From an uncultured Chloroflexia bacterium (GTDB taxonomy: Bacteria > Chloroflexota > Anaerolineae > JAAYZQ01): DNA of 64,000 nt. The DNA lies in contig CAVOXA010000010.1 in assembly GCA_963700285.1 (NCBI GenBank), positions 320,001 through 384,000 on the forward strand, in the 5' to 3' direction. Numbering within the stretch: position 1 is the first letter of the stretch; each line of letters begins with the position of its first letter. Below are positions 52,717 through 61,099 of this stretch, piece after piece. A model generated the notes under the pieces. The model had not been told where the DNA came from. It ran no database searches and saw nothing but the letters and a program-made list of their open reading frames with translations. The position numbers and the translations under genes are program-made.

Positions 52717-53886
52717 CTATTGAAACATCTCGACTGTCTGAAGGGAGTGCATTCTCCCATACAGATAGCGATAAAACTCGGGACGGCGCTCCACCGGCAC
52801 TCGTTGCCATACCGGCGTGACTACTCGCTCCCCCCACCAGTAGGACCAGATCAGGACAGCGCGCGCTGGAGCAGCCAAAAAGCGAATGCGATTCGCCACC
52901 CAACCCTCGCCCCCGGCCAGACTGACGGACCGCAGCCAATCAGTTACCTGTTCCTCAGGCCAGTCCAGGGCGTGCATGCGCCAGGCCGCCCCGGTCCCGA
53001 TGCCAGCCCGGTAGCGGCCCATCAAGGCTGAGAAGCGATCGTCATCCGACTCGAGCCAACCCAGCATGTGCAGGCCATTGTCGGCAATGCCCTCGAAGGG
53101 CGAAGAGCTGGCAGTATTGACCACCGAAAGCAGGCCATCGGCTGGCGCGAGCCCCTCGTGATACCAGCTTTCGCGCAGCTTGAACTGGACATAGTGGCCT
53201 GGGCAGCCTTCGTGCACAGCCAGATGCTTCAAACCAGGCCGCGTCAAAATGGGGTCTGTATTCAGCTCGATCTTGCGCACCAGGTAGTTGCAGCGCGCGT
53301 TAAAGGCAACACCCGAGACTGGGACAACCTGCATGGCGTCCGACTTGGGCGCGGGGATGTGCAGCCGCTCCTCGGTGCGGTCCCAGGCTTCTGCCATCAA
53401 CGCCTGGCTCAGATCAGGCACCTCATCAGGCGGCACCCGATTCCGGGCTTCCCAAGCTGCACACTGCGCTGCCAGATCACCGCTGTAACCCATGCTATTC
53501 AACAGAGAACGCATCTCGCCGCGTAGGGCGTCCAGTTCGGCATCGGAAGCAGGCCCGGCCGGGACATGCAGGAACCCGCCGAGTTGCTCGGACAGGGACA
53601 AGTCACCCTCGCGCCAGTCCATAAAAGCCAGCGTAGACTGGCACAGTTGCTCATAATAGCGGCAGCGGTCCGGTTCTGGCAGCTCGCCGGCCAGGGTCGA
53701 CAACTGCCCAAAGCGTTCCCGGGCTGCGGCATAGGAATCAAAGGCTTCGGGTTGGTGAGTACCGGCAGCCATATTGACGACGACAAGCCCTTCCTCGTCT
53801 CCGCTTTCGGCCCGGTACAGAGCATCCACGCCGAGCAGCGCGGTTGTAGCTTGCTCGCCAAGGGCCATAGTCTTGTCACTAAGCAT
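52717..53886 (-). CDS. Hypothetical zincin-like protein, short and distant DUF885 relative
   Basis: VHEGCPGHYVQ, FEGIAD, WSYWWG. Overlaps the stop of the upstream DUF885 gene. Confidence 0.7.
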   Translation of the reverse strand: MLSDKTMALGEQATTALLGVDALYRAESGDEEGLVVVNMAAGTHQPEAFDSYAAARERFGQLSTLAGELPEPDRCRYYEQLCQSTLAFMDWREGDLSLSEQLGGFLHVPAGPASDAELDALRGEMRSLLNSMGYSGDLAAQCAAWEARNRVPPDEVPDLSQALMAEAWDRTEERLHIPAPKSDAMQVVPVSGVAFNARCNYLVRKIELNTDPILTRPGLKHLAVHEGCPGHYVQFKLRESWYHEGLAPADGLLSVVNTASSSPFEGIADNGLHMLGWLESDDDRFSALMGRYRAGIGTGAAWRMHALDWPEEQVTDWLRSVSLAGGEGWVANRIRFLAAPARAVLIWSYWWGERVVTPVWQRVPVERRPEFYRYLYGRMHSLQTVEMFQ

Positions 53887-55579
53887 CAACTGCTTTCCTT
53901 TCCATCTCACTGGCGGTCAACGCCACGGGAATAGAGCCATAGGAGAGAAACTGGTCATGGAAACGGCGCAGGCTAAAGCCGCTGCCCCAGCGGCGCGCCA
54001 TCTCCTGGCGCAACGATTGGATATGGTCAGTGCCAATCAGGTACATCATCGCCCCGCCGGGGAACATGCTGTTCTTGACTGCCTCGCCGTGGGCAGCCCC
54101 GTGCGGCATGCCTGCCCGCTCCTCATAAAAACGCACAGCCTCGTCCAGACTCATGCGCCCCTGGTGCAGCCGGACGTCAACGATGGCCCGGGCGCTCATC
54201 CGCCGCCTTGACTGGTGTTCGGCATACAGCTCCAGGGGCGTCAGGAACCCGGCCTCGCCCATGAGACCGGTAGCATAGCAAGCCCAGCCTTCGGCAATGG
54301 TCCCGCTGCAGAACATGGCGACGCGGGAAGCACAATCGACGGCCGCCATCCGCCCGATGCGGGATTCGGCCCGGTAGGCGTGCCAGTTCTGGACGTGGTG
54401 CCCGATGCTGCCGTGATGGACCACGTGGTTTAGCTTGATGGTACTATCGTTGTTGCCTCGAAGCAGTGCATCCTGCTCGGCCGCAGGCATCGTGGCCTCG
54501 ATGGGGGTTACCAGGTAATCGTGCACCGGCGGCCTGTTGAAAGCCGCTGGGGCGCGGTAGAACAAGAAATAGAGATAGGGAGCCGCCCTGCGCGCCCAGC
54601 CAGGCCGGGGCACGTAGCGGATGGGAAACTCGGGCCAGGTCAGCAGTTCCTGCGCTTCGGCCGTGGCCCGGCAGGCTTCCCACACCTCAGTGTAGCGATC
54701 ATAATAGCCCTCGACCGTGGGATGAAGATCGGCCAGTGCGTCCAGTGCCTCGCGGGCGATGCCTGCACCAAAGTCAGCGGCATGCGCCGCGAGCTGAGCT
54801 TCGGCCTCAGCCATCTGCTCCTCGGCGTAGCGAGCGATCTCGTCGGGGCTCATGTCCACAAAATGACCCTGCTGCATCATTAACTCAAACGCTAGCTCAC
54901 CGCAGGCATAGCCATCGGTGGGGTGTGCGCGCAATTCGGTTTCCAGGAAGCCCTGGTATCCGGCAAATGCCGAGGCGGCCTTGTCCGCTGCGGCCCGGAA
55001 GCGCGGATCGGTTACCGGCTCGTTCTGGATCAGCCAATCAACACCGTCCTGAAAGAAAGCCAGGGCCCCGGTGCATTCCCTTATGGCCCGCTCGGTCCAG
55101 GCAGGTGGCGCCTGGGTCACGTTGGCCCGCGCCTGCTCCAGCAAGGCTGCAGTCGCCCCCATGCGGGCGATGGCCGACTCGACACGCTGGTCCAGTGGGG
55201 CAAATGGGGTCAGAAAAAGGGACAGGATGCCAAATATCGCCTCGCCGGTATAGAGGGATGGATTCCCAAGGTGGAAATGAGTGGAGGTATATTCCCACAA
55301 CTGGCACTCGAGGTAGCCCTTGGCCAGTTTGCGATCCAGCGCCTCTGCCCCGGTCAGGGGTTCGGCGCCGGGCATGGGTTCGGCCGCTAGATTACGCAGT
55401 TGCCCCAGCAGTGACTCCATTTCGGCCAGCGTGTCACCCGCTCCCTGCTCCGAGTAATCAGGCAACTGGTCATCGTATTGGTGAACGCCAATGAACGTGG
55501 CGTTGACCGGGCGGCGGCGGTAGTAGGCAGCGAAAAACTCATCGAGCCAGGTAGTGAATTCTGGGGCTTTTGTCTCCAT
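53879..55579 (-). CDS. DUF885 family protein with HH in place of HE
   Basis: ATFIGVHQYDDQLPD, VVHHGSIGHHVQ, AEGWACY, IVDVRLH, FSLRRFHD, YGSIP. Confidence 0.88.
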   Translation of the reverse strand: METKAPEFTTWLDEFFAAYYRRRPVNATFIGVHQYDDQLPDYSEQGAGDTLAEMESLLGQLRNLAAEPMPGAEPLTGAEALDRKLAKGYLECQLWEYTSTHFHLGNPSLYTGEAIFGILSLFLTPFAPLDQRVESAIARMGATAALLEQARANVTQAPPAWTERAIRECTGALAFFQDGVDWLIQNEPVTDPRFRAAADKAASAFAGYQGFLETELRAHPTDGYACGELAFELMMQQGHFVDMSPDEIARYAEEQMAEAEAQLAAHAADFGAGIAREALDALADLHPTVEGYYDRYTEVWEACRATAEAQELLTWPEFPIRYVPRPGWARRAAPYLYFLFYRAPAAFNRPPVHDYLVTPIEATMPAAEQDALLRGNNDSTIKLNHVVHHGSIGHHVQNWHAYRAESRIGRMAAVDCASRVAMFCSGTIAEGWACYATGLMGEAGFLTPLELYAEHQSRRRMSARAIVDVRLHQGRMSLDEAVRFYEERAGMPHGAAHGEAVKNSMFPGGAMMYLIGTDHIQSLRQEMARRWGSGFSLRRFHDQFLSYGSIPVALTASEMERKAVDA

Positions 55580-55663
55580 CAGTAAACACTCCAGTGGTGC
55601 TCTGGCTCATCACAGGGGAACATGATCAAGTCAGAACTCCAGGATCGCCCGATCTCTATCCTC

Positions 55664-55677
55664 TATCCTATAGGATG
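55664..55677. promoter_or_regulatory. Operator-like palindrome TATCCTATAGGATG (copy 3) with extra half-sites
   Basis: 13/14 match, 8 bp downstream of the -10 box. Flanked in 7-bp register by TATCCTC (55657) and CAGGATC (55678). Confidence 0.8.
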
Positions 55678-55685
55678 CAGGATCC

Positions 55686-55714
55686 ATTATACCAGGATCA
55701 TATATCGCTGTCAA
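55686..55714 (-). promoter_or_regulatory. Sigma70-type promoter P3 (perfect consensus) upstream of the DUF885/ABC operon
   Basis: Minus strand TTGACA (55709-55714), 17-bp spacer, TATAAT (55686-55691). Confidence 0.88.
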
Positions 55715-55739
55715 GCCCCTTACGGAACAGGGCCTTTGC

Positions 55740-56288
55740 TCAGATGACTGCCCGCACTACATCCTGGGCCGAAAGCCGGTGGGGTGGCCCTGGCTGGTGA
55801 GCTGGATAGCCCAGAGCAACCAGGAGAAAAGGTGTGATCTCTTTGGGAATGGGCAGCACCCGCTTCAGGGCGCCTGGATCAAAGCCGACGGCCACGCAAG
55901 ACCCCAGCCCAAAGTGGGTGGCGGCCAGCAGCATGTTCTCCACGCAGCCCATGCAGTCCAGCTTGGTCAAGAGATCTCGACCTTTTTGTCCATAGCGGGC
56001 GGTCATGCGTTTGAGATCGTAGCACACGACGACGATGACCGGGGCCGCCAGCATCCATTCCTGGGTGGTCACGCCAGCGCGGGTCGTGATGCCCGCATCG
56101 GTGGTATCCACCGCTTTCTGCCGCGCCCCTGGATCCTTCAGGATAACAAACTCCCAGGCCTGCATGTTACCTGCGGATGGCGCCCAGGTACCAGCCTCGA
56201 TGATCTGCCACAGTACCTCGTCCGGCACATCCTTGTCCACGAAACTGCGTACGCTCCGGCGCTGATAGATGGCTTCCATAACATCCAT
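55740..56288 (-). CDS. Nitroreductase family protein
   Basis: RRSVRSF, APSAGNMQAW, ENMLLAA, GLGSC, ALGYP. Confidence 0.92.
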   Translation of the reverse strand: MDVMEAIYQRRSVRSFVDKDVPDEVLWQIIEAGTWAPSAGNMQAWEFVILKDPGARQKAVDTTDAGITTRAGVTTQEWMLAAPVIVVVCYDLKRMTARYGQKGRDLLTKLDCMGCVENMLLAATHFGLGSCVAVGFDPGALKRVLPIPKEITPFLLVALGYPAHQPGPPHRLSAQDVVRAVI

Positions 56289-56312
56289 GGACTCTATTCC
56301 TCGCTCCCTTGT

Positions 56313-56870
56313 CTACCACCGCTCCTGGTGGAAATAGTCCTCCAGGGGCAGGAGGGGCAGTCGCGCCGCCTCTGCCTGGGAATACCCGAGCACAATCAAG
56401 ATAAGCGGTTCGACGTGTTCTGGCAACTCCAGGAGTTTGGCCATCCGTTGGTGGTCGAATTCCCGGATCAAGCAGCTCTTGATCCCGAGCTCCAGGGCCG
56501 CCAGCCGCATATTCTGAATCGCCCCGCCGCTGTCCTGGATCCCAAACAGCTTCTCCCCAATCTCGCCGTAGCGGGCCTTGGCCCGCAAGCGATCAAGGCA
56601 CACAACCAGGACGACGGGTGCTTGGGCCAACCAGTCCCGCCGCTCATCGCCTCCCAGGCGTGGGCGCAGGTGGGAGTCCAGCAGGGTACGGACAAGGTCT
56701 ACCTTCCGCTCTCCGTCGCGGACGGCAATGATCTCCCAGGGCTGGGCGTTGGCCGCCGACGGCGCCAACGCAGCCATCCCCACGATGGCTGCCAGTTCAG
56801 CATCGCTCACAGCCTGCTCTTCGAACTCACTGACACAACCGACGCGCTTCAACTGATCGACAATGGCCAT
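56313..56870 (-). CDS. Nitroreductase family protein lacking the N-terminal RRSxR motif
   Basis: APSAANAQPW, QNMRLAALELG, VLGY. N-terminus reads KRVGCVSEF. Confidence 0.85.
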   Translation of the reverse strand: MAIVDQLKRVGCVSEFEEQAVSDAELAAIVGMAALAPSAANAQPWEIIAVRDGERKVDLVRTLLDSHLRPRLGGDERRDWLAQAPVVLVVCLDRLRAKARYGEIGEKLFGIQDSGGAIQNMRLAALELGIKSCLIREFDHQRMAKLLELPEHVEPLILIVLGYSQAEAARLPLLPLEDYFHQERW

Positions 56871-56880
56871 GGTCACCTCT

Positions 56881-57585
56881 CTACTCCCTATCCGTACGGA
56901 GTTTCTCAAGGGCTCTCAGAGTACGCTCCTTGCCACCCTTTAGGTGGACAATGAGACGCTCGTAGGCCAACTCCTGATCACGGGCCCGCAGGGCCTGCAC
57001 GATGCCGCAATGTTCGTCGATCATGACGAGCACCTCTTCCGCCGGCGCGATCGTCTCGACCAGCCAGCGAATGCGGACAGATTGATCGTTCACCAACCTG
57101 GCCAACCGCTCGAACAACCGGTTACCGGTGGCCTGCAGGATCATCTCGTGCATGGCAAAGTCAGACTCCAGATGGCTGTCGTACCGAGATTCGCCTGCGT
57201 CCTGGCGAGCGCATGCCAGTGCCCCGGCGATCTCGTCGAGCGTGTCCTCCGGAAGCCTGAGCGCCGCCTCATTGATGGCCCAGCCTTCGAGCAGGAGGCG
57301 CATCTCCCACGCGTCGCGCACATCCGCTGCCTCGATCTCGGCCACGCGGGGGTTCTCATAGGGTCTCATTGTGACTAGACCATCGTGCTGGAGCATGGCC
57401 AGCGCTTCGCGCACTGGGGTGTGGCTCACACCCAGATCACTGGCCAGTCGGTCGATGACGATGGCTTGGCCGGGACGAAGCTGGTTAGTCAGAATGAGCT
57501 GTTTGATCTGGGCCCGGACCTGTTCCCGCAGCGGCCCCCTCTGGATCTTTTCCACTCCGGGTAGCGTGTATCTACTCTCGTCCAT
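56881..57585 (-). CDS. GntR family transcriptional regulator (FCD domain)
   Basis: wHTH LASDLGVSHTPVREALAML, MRLLLE, DFAMH...TGN, EHCGIV. Confidence 0.93.
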   Translation of the reverse strand: MDESRYTLPGVEKIQRGPLREQVRAQIKQLILTNQLRPGQAIVIDRLASDLGVSHTPVREALAMLQHDGLVTMRPYENPRVAEIEAADVRDAWEMRLLLEGWAINEAALRLPEDTLDEIAGALACARQDAGESRYDSHLESDFAMHEMILQATGNRLFERLARLVNDQSVRIRWLVETIAPAEEVLVMIDEHCGIVQALRARDQELAYERLIVHLKGGKERTLRALEKLRTDRE

Positions 57586-57641
57586 CTGACCATGCCCCCT
57601 TTCAGAAGAATGTCGAGGTTGAGGATAAAGGCTGGAAGGGC

Positions 57642-58028
57642 CTAGTCCTCTACAACGGCAAACACCTCAATCTCCAGACGGATACCGCGCTCTACCCAGG
57701 ATTGGCTGTCCAGCTTGGTGCCGGTGTGCGGCGGGTAGTGGTCGCCCATGTACCGCTGGCGGACCTCGTGGATGACGGGCATGTCCTCCGCATCGAGGAA
57801 CATGGTATGCACATAGACCACGTCCTGAAGGGTGGCGCCCCCCTCAGCCAAGATCGCCTGCAAGGAATCCATGATATTCTCGGTCTGGGCCCGGGCATCA
57901 TTGGGCGCAACCACATTGCCATCGATATCCAGCGGCACGCGCCCAGCGGTAAAGATCATGTTGCCGGCCCTGACTCCTGAATAGTAGCGCGGTGTGTTAT
58001 AGATCGTCTTGGGGTTCAGTATTTTCAT
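57642..58028 (-). CDS. RidA/YjgF family protein without the catalytic Arg
   Basis: FTAGRVP, AQTENI, DVVYV, YPPHTG in place of PAR, LEIEVFA. Confidence 0.88.
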   Translation of the reverse strand: MKILNPKTIYNTPRYYSGVRAGNMIFTAGRVPLDIDGNVVAPNDARAQTENIMDSLQAILAEGGATLQDVVYVHTMFLDAEDMPVIHEVRQRYMGDHYPPHTGTKLDSQSWVERGIRLEIEVFAVVED

Positions 58029-58124
58029 GGCCTCATCGCCTCCTATGCATCTCTGCCCTTGTCAAAGCTGCCGAGGCTCCGCCCGACGCGAAGGTTCAGC
58101 ACGGCCCTGGGCAGGGTGATTGAC

Positions 58125-58598
58125 TCAAGCAAGCGGGTTCACTTTGCCTTCCACTGCCTGCATGAACTCGAGGGGAAGATGGGCATCCTCCGGCACGATA
58201 AAGTTACAGACACCCTCCAGGGCATCCCGATGTTCCTCAAAACGAACGCGCATACCGGCATTGGTCGCTTTATCAAGCATGTAGTCCAGATCGGTGGTCT
58301 CGAAAGAAATGTGCGAGATCCCCTCGCCGGTCTCGTTGACGATCCTGTGCCCGCTAAAGGTCACCGGCAGATCAAGGCCCTCGGTTGCCTGCGCCCGCCG
58401 GTCGGGGTTGGTGTACTCGTTCAGAAAAAAGGTCACGTCCACCACCTTGACCACACCGATGCGCAGACCATTCTCTGGGATGTCGACGACCTTGCCTTCA
58501 CAGCCAAAGACCGATGTCCATTGTTTCACAGCCTTTTGCGCGTCGTTGACCGTTACGCCAATGTGATGGATCCTGGTTACTTTTGGGTCCTGTGTCAT
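58125..58598 (-). CDS. VOC family protein (methylmalonyl-CoA epimerase-like)
   Basis: IHHIGVTV, GEGISHISF, LEFMQ metal-ligand pattern. Confidence 0.85.
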   Translation of the reverse strand: MTQDPKVTRIHHIGVTVNDAQKAVKQWTSVFGCEGKVVDIPENGLRIGVVKVVDVTFFLNEYTNPDRRAQATEGLDLPVTFSGHRIVNETGEGISHISFETTDLDYMLDKATNAGMRVRFEEHRDALEGVCNFIVPEDAHLPLEFMQAVEGKVNPLA

Positions 58599-58616
58599 GT
58601 CAATGTCTCCTTTGTT

Positions 58617-59813
58617 TTAGACTTTGTTACTGAGGTTTCTCCAGCGCATCACTGCCTGCTGCATGCGCTGCAGGCCCTCTTCTAGTTTGTCGACGGGTGC
58701 GTTGAAGGACACACGGATGTAGCCTTCTCCCTCCTCACCGAAGGTGGTGCCAGGGCCCACCAATACCTTCTCTTCCTGCCTAAGCGCTTGGGCAAACTCC
58801 TTGGAAGTTTTGCCCGTTGGGGTGATGTTGACCATCAGATAGAAGGCGCCCTGTGGCTGGCCATAGCTCAAACCCATGGCATCCAGGCCCTCCATCCATA
58901 GCTGTCGGCGCTCCTCATAGTCCTTCTTGACCGCCGGCCACCAATCCATGGGGCCGGTCAGCGCTGCCAGGGCCGCCCACTGGGACACGGCTGGCGTACA
59001 GATGGTCATGGAGTGTTTGAAGGCCAGCATCTTTTGGAGCAGAGCCGCCGGTCCCGTGAGGTAGCCCACCCGCCAACCCGTCATCGAGTAGCATTTCGAA
59101 AAACCGTTGACGGTGACCGTCCGTTCCCACATGCCCGGCAGGGCCGCGATGCTGTGGTGTCGATAGCCGTCGTAGAGGAATTTTTCATAGATCTCGTCGG
59201 AAACCACCACCAGGTCGCGCCTCTGGGCCAACTCAGCAATCTCCTCCAAGGCCCTGAGGGAAAGAACTGTACCGGTCGAGCCTCCAGGGCTATTGAGCAT
59301 GATGGCCTTGGTCCTGGGGCTGATACGCTCCTCGATCTCTGCGACATCGACCAGGAAGTTGTCCCGCTCGTAGGTGGGCACCGTGACGAGGCAACCACCC
59401 GCCACCAGGGCGTCGCGATAGTACTCGTTGTAGTAGGGCGAGGGAACCAACATCTCGTCGCCCTGGTCCAAGAGAGCCAGAAAGATAACCAGGAGCGCCT
59501 CTTGGGCACCCGTCGTCACGATGAGTTCGTTCTGCACATCTACCTTGAGCCCGTTATCCAGGTCAAGCTTGTCGGCAATCGCCTCGCGGAGAGGCAAGAT
59601 GCCCGACCAGGCCGTGTACTGGGTATGTCCCTCATCCAGGGACCGTTTCGCTGCTTCAATAACATGGGCAGGCGTCGGAAAGTCCGGGGTCCCGGTCCCG
59701 AGATTGATCACCCCCTCCAGCGGGATAGAGGTCTGGGTCTCCAAAGTGGCGCCCACACGTTTGGCCCTATCCGAAAGGGCCCGATCAGCGACGGTACTTG
59801 CGGTCATGTTCAA
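58617..59813 (-). CDS. PLP-dependent aminotransferase class I/II
   Basis: GTPDFPTP, VTTGAQEAL, SDEIY, FSKCYSMTGWRVGY, PQGAFY, GYIRVSF. Confidence 0.93.
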   Translation of the reverse strand: MNMTASTVADRALSDRAKRVGATLETQTSIPLEGVINLGTGTPDFPTPAHVIEAAKRSLDEGHTQYTAWSGILPLREAIADKLDLDNGLKVDVQNELIVTTGAQEALLVIFLALLDQGDEMLVPSPYYNEYYRDALVAGGCLVTVPTYERDNFLVDVAEIEERISPRTKAIMLNSPGGSTGTVLSLRALEEIAELAQRRDLVVVSDEIYEKFLYDGYRHHSIAALPGMWERTVTVNGFSKCYSMTGWRVGYLTGPAALLQKMLAFKHSMTICTPAVSQWAALAALTGPMDWWPAVKKDYEERRQLWMEGLDAMGLSYGQPQGAFYLMVNITPTGKTSKEFAQALRQEEKVLVGPGTTFGEEGEGYIRVSFNAPVDKLEEGLQRMQQAVMRWRNLSNKV

Positions 59814-59829
59814 TACCTCACTTGGATTC

Positions 59830-61056
59830 TCAGACCAGGCGCTGGCCGGCTTTGAAGGTCATCTGGACCTCTTCGAGCGCGTCTAGATCCTCCAGGGGAT
59901 TGCCGGCCACGACGATGACGTCGGCCAGCTTGCCCGCTTCCAGCGTACCCAACTTATCATCAAGCCCGTTGAGCCAGGCTGCGACGCTGGTCGCGCTGCG
60001 CAGCGCACCATAGTTGTCGGGTACCAGGCCCAGCTTGACCAGGAACTTGAGCTCGGGTGCGACGATATCGTGGCCCACGGCCGGGCTGCCGGCATCGGTG
60101 CCGAAAACGATGGGAACTCCGGCCTTGGCCGCGGCCACAAGGCTGTCATAGCGGCTGGGATCGGCCACAGCGCGCTGGCGCTCGGCGATCTTCCACTCGG
60201 GTATGTTGTACTTGCGCGCCACCTCAGGCTGGGCCTGCATGACTACCGGCGCCATGGTCGTGACGATGGGGATCCCACGGTCCAACAAAAGCTGGATCGT
60301 CTCCTCGCTCATCTGACCACCGTGCTCGATGCAGTCGATGCCAAAACGGGCGACCCGGTTGATGCAGGCGTCAAAAGTGGCATGGGCCGTGGTGGGCAGG
60401 CCATTGCGATGCGCCTCGTCGATGACGGCCTCCAATTCAGCATCGGTGAACTCGAGTGTATCGTGGCAGCCCATGATCTTGATCAGGTCAGCCCCACCGC
60501 GAACCTGATCGCGCACAGCGCGGCGCATTTCGTCAGCCCCGCTGGCCTCTCGGCAGGTCCAATAGGTATGGCCACCTGTCTGTACAATCGACTCACCCGT
60601 GATCAGCAGGCGCGGGCCGGGGTAGATCCCTTGCTCCACGGCCTGCTTGGCGGCAAAGTTGGTCGCGTTGACGCCCAGGTCCCGCACGGTCGTGACACCG
60701 GCCCGCAGCGAGATTAGCATGTTGCTCGCATACTTGTAGGCGCTGATCTCCGGGCTGTCAAAGATCGATTGCTGGGCCAGATCGTGAATTCCGTCCCACC
60801 CCAGGTGGGCGTGGCTGTTAAAGAGACCGGGAAGCAAGGTACCCCCGGTGTCGATCACATCGGCATCGCTTTCACCCAGCTCAGCCGCGCTGCCCACGGC
60901 CTTGATCCGGTCGCCATCGATCTCGACGAAACCATCCTCAAGGATCGTATCACCCACGCAGGTTAGTAGCCGTCCCTTCAGGACAAGGTGCTGCGGTGGC
61001 GGGTCGTACAGAGGTTTTATCAGTTTTTGAAACCGCCAAGCCGGTTGCTCAGGCAT
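59830..61056 (-). CDS. Amidohydrolase family protein
   Basis: PGLFNSHAH, GVTTVRDLG, GADLIK, AHA, IEHG, GTDAG, GTLEAGKLAD. Confidence 0.92.
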   Translation of the reverse strand: MPEQPAWRFQKLIKPLYDPPPQHLVLKGRLLTCVGDTILEDGFVEIDGDRIKAVGSAAELGESDADVIDTGGTLLPGLFNSHAHLGWDGIHDLAQQSIFDSPEISAYKYASNMLISLRAGVTTVRDLGVNATNFAAKQAVEQGIYPGPRLLITGESIVQTGGHTYWTCREASGADEMRRAVRDQVRGGADLIKIMGCHDTLEFTDAELEAVIDEAHRNGLPTTAHATFDACINRVARFGIDCIEHGGQMSEETIQLLLDRGIPIVTTMAPVVMQAQPEVARKYNIPEWKIAERQRAVADPSRYDSLVAAAKAGVPIVFGTDAGSPAVGHDIVAPELKFLVKLGLVPDNYGALRSATSVAAWLNGLDDKLGTLEAGKLADVIVVAGNPLEDLDALEEVQMTFKAGQRLV

Positions 61057-61099
61057 AGTAACTCCCTTTTAGTGTCTTTCGATTGTCTTCGAAGCCGAA

